A DNA stretch of 56,434 nucleotides, from the NCBI GenBank assembly GCA_003344405.1, contig NOWV01000161.1:124001-180434 (forward strand), given 5' to 3'. This DNA comes from Trichoplax sp. H2 (Eukaryota). A model generated the notes under the pieces. The model was given only the letters and a program-made list of their open reading frames with translations, made no database searches and was not told the DNA's origin. Every line of letters begins with the position of its first letter. The stretch's first letter is position 1. This document shows positions 48,524 through 56,434 of this stretch, piece by piece. A program made the position numbers and the translations under genes.

Positions 48524-51130
48524 TTACTTTTCAAATTTTACGCTGTAAGAGTCTGTAGTCGGATCTTTATTCAATTTAAAATTGTCAGTTGATAGGCCAA
48601 ATGGGTTCAGGATCATATTACCTAAATCTTTCAATTTTCCTACAGTATATAACGATCATAAAATTAAATAATACTTCGGCTGTAGTTCTATCAATACTTA
48701 GTGTTCATTATACTGTATGTTAAATTGTTCACAACGATAATAGTAGCGATATCGATCGAATAAAGTTTCATCATTGAGGGTAGTGAAAATAGAGCAGTAC
48801 AGTACAAACCTATCATTTCATCTTTTAAACGTTCATTTCTTTCCTTAATTTCATTAGGTAATCTCTATAAAGTGAAACATGGTCAGTGATACAATTACGC
48901 CTCGCAAATATCATTTTAGTAGGCTAACCATGACTGCTTCCCTTGCCATTTTATTGCTGGAATCTTTATTCGCCACGCTTTGGTAATCTATAGCACATTA
49001 GAATATAAAAATTGTATTTTAGCACAGATAGTTATATGCTTAGCGAAGTCATCTTAAGATTGTTATCATCATAACATGTCTCTACTACAGTACAATTATG
49101 TAAATCGCGGTACCTTAACGATTACTACTAACATTATGTTAATGATACTAAGATATTGATCTGGCTTTTATAATTTTAAACTACAGTACATCATAATATA
49201 CTCATATTCTACATTATAAGTAGTAGCTGTTAGTCATTTTCAATAGTTTTAATTAAGGAGAAAATTCACGACTGCCTAAATTCTCGTTTATTATACCTTA
49301 ACAGTACGTATAAACGCAAATACTGCCATTAACGAACCTTGTAATGCTTCATCTAATTTGTCCAATGCTTCGTATGTTTGAGCTCGCCTAAGTAGTACTT
49401 TTACATAATCTGGATTCAAATCTAGCGCTAAAATGGTATCAACAGCAAAAACTCAGGGCACAAGTACAAAAGAACCCAATATTGAACAAATAAGCACATT
49501 ATACTCGCATATTTATTTGCTCGGTTATAATTCATAAGTTTGGATACCTGCGTTGCAATCATTCAGAGCTTCTTCATGTCTAGATAATTTCATATAACAA
49601 GCAGCCCTATTACTATAAAAGATAGCCCTATCCGATATCATTGAGGGGAGACATTTGTAAATTGCCTCCGAATAGCATTCGATTGCATCTTTATAATCTG
49701 CAAATAGAAAAAGGTAATGTCTGAATAAATTTTACTGAACTCTCGTTGTGTGACTAATATCTGTTCAGAAGAGATTTTTCAAATAATTTTCTTCCATTCA
49801 TTACATTGGAGAGTACAATTTTATCCACGCAATGCATTTTACTTTTCAATGAAGGTAATTACTGTAGTTAACAGGTAAAATAAGTTTCAAAGGAAAGAAA
49901 TTCTTACCTTGTATCTCGAAAGCGGCATTACCCTTACTTTTCCATTCTAATGCTAGGCGTTTTTGCTCCTACACGCGTCAATTACATATAAGTATTTAAT
50001 TTTTAGCTCAGTAATTCAACATAATTAATTAAACGACAGTCATATCCGCATAAAACTACTGCCATTTCGATAATGGCTTTACTATTACAGAAAGGATACA
50101 CAACGAGGTGAATACATGCACGGTATAAAATTGGATTCGATTAATCGGGTTATATCGTTGGCAATTTGGTTTTTAATGGTAATAATAATGGTAATTAAAT
50201 GCCTACGAATACAACCGCAACCCTACGTACTGTAGAATACTTGACTATCTAAAGTAGTTGGCTAACAGAGATTTAATACCGTCCCACAATTTCTATATCA
50301 GATTGAAAGATGATACGTACGACGTACGCTGTTAATAGCTTTCACTTAATAAATTAGCCTTTCTCATAGTACGTATGTATGTACAGTAAATTGTGAAGCA
50401 AATCGTCATTTCTTGATTACTGCAATACTATGCGAGTATCTATTCCTTGTTTCAAGGTACCATAATAAGTTAGTCGATCATCATTAGTCATTTATGTACG
50501 CCTTCCAAATTTTCATATGCAGTTGCCGCGACTTTGGATCAACTTACATCTCGATATACACTGAAAAGCTACTTTACTTTCTTCTACAATAACGTTGTCC
50601 TATTTAAAAGGAAAGTTTTCACTTCGTCGACGATCTTATCATAATTATTACGGTGACGATGATAATGATATTTTCAGTACTACGATGAAAATAAGATAGT
50701 ACTATAATACAGTCGTTCAACGCCATAACAAACGATATAATTGGGAACTTCATTACTGATTACAAGTAGCAAAGAATTGCATGTCAATAAGCACTTGTCT
50801 ACGTAGACTTTGGTAATTACTTTCTCAACTTGATCCGTACTTTAGTGTAGCCGAAAATAATTTCTTAGTTGGAAAGGGCGGGTTTGATTTTACTCGTCTC
50901 CGACATAATAATTTGTTAAATTATAATCGTTATTATTACTATACGGTACGTTTAAACAAACTCGATATAGACAGCACCTGCTTTTCATCATCAGTAAGCA
51001 AAGCCTCTTTTTCAGCTGTTATTTCCATTTTATTCATCTTTTCCTCTTTAACTTCTTTACTAACATCATCTTCTGATGATAAATCCTTGGTCTCGTCCAA
51101 AGATCTCTCTTCCCTTTGATCGGTCGCCAT
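48524..51130 (-). CDS. TTC1: Tetratricopeptide repeat protein 1, 7 exons
   Basis: Exons 50978-51130, 49908-49968, 49548-49697, 49338-49427, 48929-48987, 48810-48864, 48524-48639. Acidic N-terminus, three TPRs ([40 protein letters not shown]), and the diagnostic C-terminus [26 protein letters not shown]...SYSVKF. Confidence 0.93.
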
Positions 51131-52367
51131 GACTAGGTTCAGGTCGGAGGTGCGAGTGATAGAGCCACTGCACACTACTGAACAGTGAACATGATACGGG
51201 TACGGATGGTACCTTGGTCAGGACTACTACGTTGCTGTAGTTGATAGTATTCACTACCACTAAGAAGCGTGACATGGACCATACTACTGTATTGGTTAGG
51301 GAAAGTACTGCAGCCATAGCGGATATCCACTTCGTTTTTCATTTTGGTTTCACTTTCTGGTAAGCTTTAATATGCAAAATTAAAGCTTATAGTATACATT
51401 GGGTTTTTGCCTAGGAAAGTAGACCATTTATGCCATATACAGTATGGAGTTTGCAGTAGTTGTACACTGCGATAGTACAGTACACTAAATCGTTTGTTGA
51501 CTAAAATGGAATATTAAGGCTGCTACTTTACTAATTGACTTACAGAGTTACAGCCCATATTCGTACTGTGTTGATTTATAAACAATCATTTCTAGAATCA
51601 GTCTACTAAAATTGATATCTCAATATCGAAATGTCCAATAACGTGACCATCGTAAGCGCAAAATGCCATAAACTGTGAAGTCAGTTCATTAATAATGTAT
51701 AAAACATGGATTACGTTCGATTTATACCGTACCTACGCAATGCTATTTCATTACTTAATTTGTGGTTGCATGATTAGAACTATGTTTCAAATAATGCAAA
51801 CACTTGGATTTATTGTAGTCAATATATACCGTGATTGGGTAGTTTGAAAGAATGGAAGATATTTTACTTTACAGTAAAGAATAGGTATACACGTATAGGT
51901 TAATGCAGTAGTAATGTTTAACTTATAGTTAAAACATTCCCATCGACGAATAATATTGTTAATTGCAGTATTTTCAAAGTTGTCATGGATAAGAAATTTA
52001 AAACTAGTTTGCAATGAATTTTTGATCCATTATTTATGCGATGGAATAGCGCATAGCGTCTCATTGAATTTTTAAAAATTTACCCAATATTTTACAAATT
52101 ATATATGCACTCATTAACAGAACATTTTCATTAAAATACAACCGATGAATATATATTCCAACATAACATTTCTACATTTACAGATCTGTTTACTACTCGC
52201 ACCCATAATTAATTATATCATGATTGTTACATTACTGGCTGATAAATACCATTCTGAATAAATACATTTCTACAGATCTTTTATATGATAGTGCAATCGA
52301 TTTGGATTTACTAATTTCTCATTGATATGAAAAGAGAAGCTGAAATTAAAGATACATCAAGTAGTTA

Positions 52368-54995
52368 TCACGTTTGCTCTTTCAACCAAGTAGGAATGGC
52401 TAGCGAACGCGATTCTAATACTTCCTTTAACTTAATGTTGTACGGTCTGTAAAAATTTCTTAGGTACATCTCAGAATCCTTGTCCATAGGTGGATACTTG
52501 CGACCTTTACTTCGACCAAGGCATTTATTACGTCCTCTCTCTCTCTTGACGCAGTAATAACCCTTTCTCTGATCAAATTGGAGCTTCATAGAGTAATCCA
52601 ATATATCATTGACCTTTAATTTAATTTGAAGATCAGCCATTACTTGTATAGGATCGTCGATTAGTTGTTTACCATCTACAATTATAACATGAGACGGATG
52701 ATAATAATCTAACCACCTTTCTAAATGGATAACATATTTTCCAGGTCTAATGCAGCGATCCTGTAATTGCTTAATAAGTCGATCTTGTTTCTTGTTAGTA
52801 ATAACATCATAGAATGAATAATTTAATGCTGCTGGGTGAGAATGATTTTTCATATGCTGATACCATGAATAGGCACGCTTAACAGGATCTGATAAAATAA
52901 TGATAACGTCAACATCAGGCAGAAGAGCATTCATACGTTTTGGGATTAAAGCTCGATCATAGTAGGTTGCACTTTTTTCAAAGTATCTGATTGATTGCTC
53001 AACCAGTGAGCTCTCAATAGGAGGGAAAAATTCCATGTACCATTTTAAACCTTTGCGATAATTATTATCATTAAAAAATTGAACTTCTTCGAAAGTTCTT
53101 TTACTCGCTTTATTCGGTTTAAATTTTGGGTGAAGCGATAAATATAAGGAAAGCGCCGTAGTGCCGGTCTTTTGTGGCCCAACTATAATCATACTTGGCA
53201 ACTGTTTACATCCTTGAACAAACGGCCAGATAGCTTTATGTCTTTTATCAGTGCATGGATTTAGCCAAAGTGGGTCTTTCTCATCTGGATACAATCGAAA
53301 ATACGATTGACCTAGTTCCAATGGTGGTGCTGAGCTCAATTTGATATTTGTCCACCTTTTCAAAAAATCAATAGCATGAACGAAAGTGTAGATTGCCATA
53401 CGATCATTGGCATAATTGGGCATATGAGTCATAAATATGCAAATAATATTATCAGTTAATGTACGAAATAATTCTCCACCAAATATGCTTTGATTCAAAC
53501 GTTTCATACCGCCTGGATATGTCTTAAAATGTAAAGTTTTCGTAAATAATCCACATGTCTGTCGAGGTAGAACTTGAATGTTTTTATGAATAAAGCCTTT
53601 CCTTTTATGAGCTGGATTTAGATGATGGTATTCCTCAGTCGTAGTTACCGTAATATTCCAAACTCTTTTCCACGCATTATAAAGTGGCTCATAAGCGGGG
53701 TATATGCCTGAATGATGGGGAGATACAGAGTAGCCAGGTACAATAGGTAAATTCGATCTAGTAGCGAAATTTCGACTGCGCTCCATATCTGCAATCAACA
53801 ATTCCGTTGTCTGAAAAAGATGAGGTTTTGTATGCTTCCACATATGGCAAAACCACCAAAATTTGCTGGCGTTGCTTATTAAGGCTATATCGCCTCGATT
53901 TTCTGTGGGTAGACCCTTCATGAAATAATGGCCTGAAAAGCCCAACATAAATTTAAAATTGTCGACATTCTTTCGAATCATTTCTTGGCCTTTTAACATT
54001 GCATTCACATCTTCGTCGGTCATTCGTATACCTTTCTTACCAACAAAGACATCATCGACATCGACTTGTAACCACCTGCTTAATTGTCGTTGAAAAACAC
54101 CATTAGATAAATAAGCGATAGCATCAAGGAATAACAATCTGATAAGCCAAAAATCGATACAATTGCCAAAGAAAACTCGTTTAATATTATCATCTTTTCC
54201 ATCATCCAGTAATCCACCAACATATTGTTGGCCATTCTTACTGTTAATATATAAGATAGGCTGCATATGAGTATAATTGTTGAAGACAGTCCAAGGTCGA
54301 TTTGGCAAGTTGTGTGTTACATTACCACCATCACGAGTTAATCGTAATATTGGATTTGGGCTTTTAATTCGAACACTTGCGACATCAGGAAGAAATTGAT
54401 TACTTGATAATATTGGTATGTTAGTATGATGAACTGATTCATTATTAGCAAATACCAAAATACCAACACGTTTTTGTTCTTTGCAATAAGTAGTGACAGC
54501 TAATTTATTACGTTGGCTAAGGTTTACATAATATTTTAGGCTGTCAAATATAATCAATTTGAAATGACGTCGATTTAATAAATATTGTGGTAAATTATCA
54601 CCAACTGTAATAGAATAATCCAATTTGTTAGCTTCAATAGCAGTTGCGATCCCTTTAGCAAATGAATTAAGTTTATTTCGACGTGAGATAATTAAAATTT
54701 TAACCTTTTTAGTTGAACGCTGTTTGCGACTATCAGACGATGATAGCAATAACAATTGTAGTGGATTCTTTCTGGCTATACCATCACTAATGAGTGGTAG
54801 CCGATGATTATATCTATATTTGGGTGAAGTTTGCCGTAAAATACTACCATTTACAATCCAATAATTATTATCATCATTTAATTTCCATTTATAAGCATTG
54901 ATATCGTTCGTTATTGCTAGAAAGACCGTCAATGAGATATAGCTCAAAACCAAACCTGATATAATGAGACGATGTGGACTGCAAGTTTTCGTCAT
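52368..54995 (-). CDS. NDST: Bifunctional heparan sulfate N-deacetylase/N-sulfotransferase, single coding exon (875 aa from first ATG)
   Basis: Type II membrane anchor. Deacetylase motifs VDVDDVFVG, HMWKH, PHHSGIYP, TTEEY, VLPRQTCGLFT, FMTHMPNYANDR. Sulfotransferase motifs GPQKTGTTAL, FEEVQFF, FEKSATY, RAYSWYQH, KCLGRSKGRKYPPM. Confidence 0.97.
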   Translation of the reverse strand: MTKTCSPHRLIISGLVLSYISLTVFLAITNDINAYKWKLNDDNNYWIVNGSILRQTSPKYRYNHRLPLISDGIARKNPLQLLLLSSSDSRKQRSTKKVKILIISRRNKLNSFAKGIATAIEANKLDYSITVGDNLPQYLLNRRHFKLIIFDSLKYYVNLSQRNKLAVTTYCKEQKRVGILVFANNESVHHTNIPILSSNQFLPDVASVRIKSPNPILRLTRDGGNVTHNLPNRPWTVFNNYTHMQPILYINSKNGQQYVGGLLDDGKDDNIKRVFFGNCIDFWLIRLLFLDAIAYLSNGVFQRQLSRWLQVDVDDVFVGKKGIRMTDEDVNAMLKGQEMIRKNVDNFKFMLGFSGHYFMKGLPTENRGDIALISNASKFWWFCHMWKHTKPHLFQTTELLIADMERSRNFATRSNLPIVPGYSVSPHHSGIYPAYEPLYNAWKRVWNITVTTTEEYHHLNPAHKRKGFIHKNIQVLPRQTCGLFTKTLHFKTYPGGMKRLNQSIFGGELFRTLTDNIICIFMTHMPNYANDRMAIYTFVHAIDFLKRWTNIKLSSAPPLELGQSYFRLYPDEKDPLWLNPCTDKRHKAIWPFVQGCKQLPSMIIVGPQKTGTTALSLYLSLHPKFKPNKASKRTFEEVQFFNDNNYRKGLKWYMEFFPPIESSLVEQSIRYFEKSATYYDRALIPKRMNALLPDVDVIIILSDPVKRAYSWYQHMKNHSHPAALNYSFYDVITNKKQDRLIKQLQDRCIRPGKYVIHLERWLDYYHPSHVIIVDGKQLIDDPIQVMADLQIKLKVNDILDYSMKLQFDQRKGYYCVKRERGRNKCLGRSKGRKYPPMDKDSEMYLRNFYRPYNIKLKEVLESRSLAIPTWLKEQT

Positions 54996-55629
54996 GGCCA
55001 AAGAATAAGAATATTTACAGTTTGCTAGAGATTAGGTAATACGTAGACGAGTATAGTAGTGGAATATTCAAGAATTCCCACTGCACAGTGTACAGTACTA
55101 CTTGTAGACAGTTTGTTATGCTCGCTATAGGTAAACGGTACTAGTACAGTACGTCTGCTCAACAATTTCTTGCTCAATCTTGTGAAACGCCAAATCCAAT
55201 TGATTTGAAACTTGTCGTTACCTTGCAACCGTGATTACCTACGGGGACAAATGTCATGATGATTGCATTCAAATGAAAAGCATCTTATGCAGTAGCTGAC
55301 ATTACTGTACATAGGCCACGACGAGGTAATTGCTAGCGAGCTATTCGGTTATCCGATTCTCGAAATAAAAACTCCAAATCATCCTTGATAATAATTAATG
55401 CGAATACAGTACAGTCATTGTAAGAAGAAAATTTCAATCGATTTAATCCTGAAGTGAGTATGATTTCTAGTTAGTCAAGAATTGACGAATTAATTATCCA
55501 TTTTATAAGCTATGGATCAAGCATGAACAGATATCAAGACCAAACTACTGTACCTGATTTGCAGTTTAAATCGCAAGAATCCTATTCAAAGTGAACTACT
55601 GGGTAAAGCTAAGTGTGAACAACAAGAGT

Positions 55630-55870
55630 TATACTAGTACAGTACTGTACAGTACTCATTAATGTACAGTATACAGTACTGTAGTACAAGGTACTGTACA
55701 CTTGTAAAGTACTGTACAGTATGCAATACGACATACGCATGCGTGTTTGATTTTACAGTATAATACTGTGTACAGTACAGTACTGCACTGGTACGCTACT
55801 GTACGGTGTATCATTACAGTACAGTGCACTGTACTGTATGCATAGTACTGTACTCTAGTCAGTACACGTT
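55630..55870. promoter_or_regulatory. Dense palindromic TACAGTAC/GTACTGTA array, putative promoter element upstream of NDST
   Basis: Many overlapping tacagt/actgta units. Perfect palindromes agtactgtacagtact (55641-55656) and tacagtacagtgcactgtactgta (55815-55838). Similar clusters lie upstream of other genes in the window. Confidence 0.55.
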
Positions 55871-56050
55871 TTGGACATCGCTATCGAAAGTAAAGAAACT
55901 CAAAACGAGATTACTCCTAGTCCCTAGGTCACTTTACAGTTCCGCAGTTGCGATCTTAGTGCCAGCTACCAATCATTTTACCGTTAATAAAGAGTTGTTA
56001 TTATAAGAAGGGAGCTGGAGAAGCTTTTTAACTTTAGTCAACTGTAGTAA

Positions 56051-56140
<90 letters not shown>

Positions 56141-56434
56141 TAGGAGATTTGGAGGTGGGACGTTTGCATTAATCATTTTTCTACTTGTAGTTACATAAGG
56201 CTTCTAAATAGTGCTACTATTCTAGTCTATACTCAGTAATACTTTACAGTACAGTGAAGCCATAGCAGTATACTATTCTACACTTAAGAGTTAATCGAAT
56301 TCATTTTAAGTACAAACATCTATTGTATAAAAATGTAAATGGCATGTCATTGGCTCGTTTTTACCTTTGCTCTTGCAATTAGCGTGGATACTGTAGGTGC
56401 CACTTCTTTTACAGTCTGCAAAGTTAAAAGTTCA

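Noticed and set aside
49540-49547. TTC1 intron 3 donor GTATCC as a U12 site
   Set aside because: Continues GTATCCAAA rather than GTATCCTT, and no U12 branch consensus is evident.
50091-50099. GTATCCTTT (U12 donor-like) on the minus strand inside TTC1 intron 1
   Set aside because: No supporting exon, and exons 1 and 2 join in frame through ordinary sites. Probably chance.

Overview
AT-rich, intron-dense eukaryotic DNA with a compact animal gene set. A placozoan (Trichoplax-like) genome is my best inference but is not proven. Exons were reconstructed by hand from GT-AG sites and protein-family recognition. Gene order: first coding exon of a prominin-like gene (-), an SLC49A3/MFSD7-like MFS transporter (-), two tandem V-ATPase subunit e genes (-; both missed as genes by the ORF track, both with a U12-type intron), PSTK (+), AUP1 (-), SEPSECS (-), a PWWP2-like gene (+), TTC1 (-), and an NDST with an intronless coding region (-). 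Most notable: (1) PSTK and SEPSECS, the two consecutive enzymes converting Ser-tRNA(Sec) to Sec-tRNA(Sec), lie about 7 kb apart with one gene between them; (2) dense palindromic TACAGTAC/GTACTGTA arrays sit at most gene starts, several next to local duplications and hairpins; (3) the diverged tandem ATP6V0E pair keeps a minor-spliceosome intron; (4) TTC1 and PWWP2 are tail-to-tail as in human. A duplication flanking the 20-N gap is probably an unmerged haplotype overlap. I saw no CRISPR array, tRNA, rRNA or transposase.
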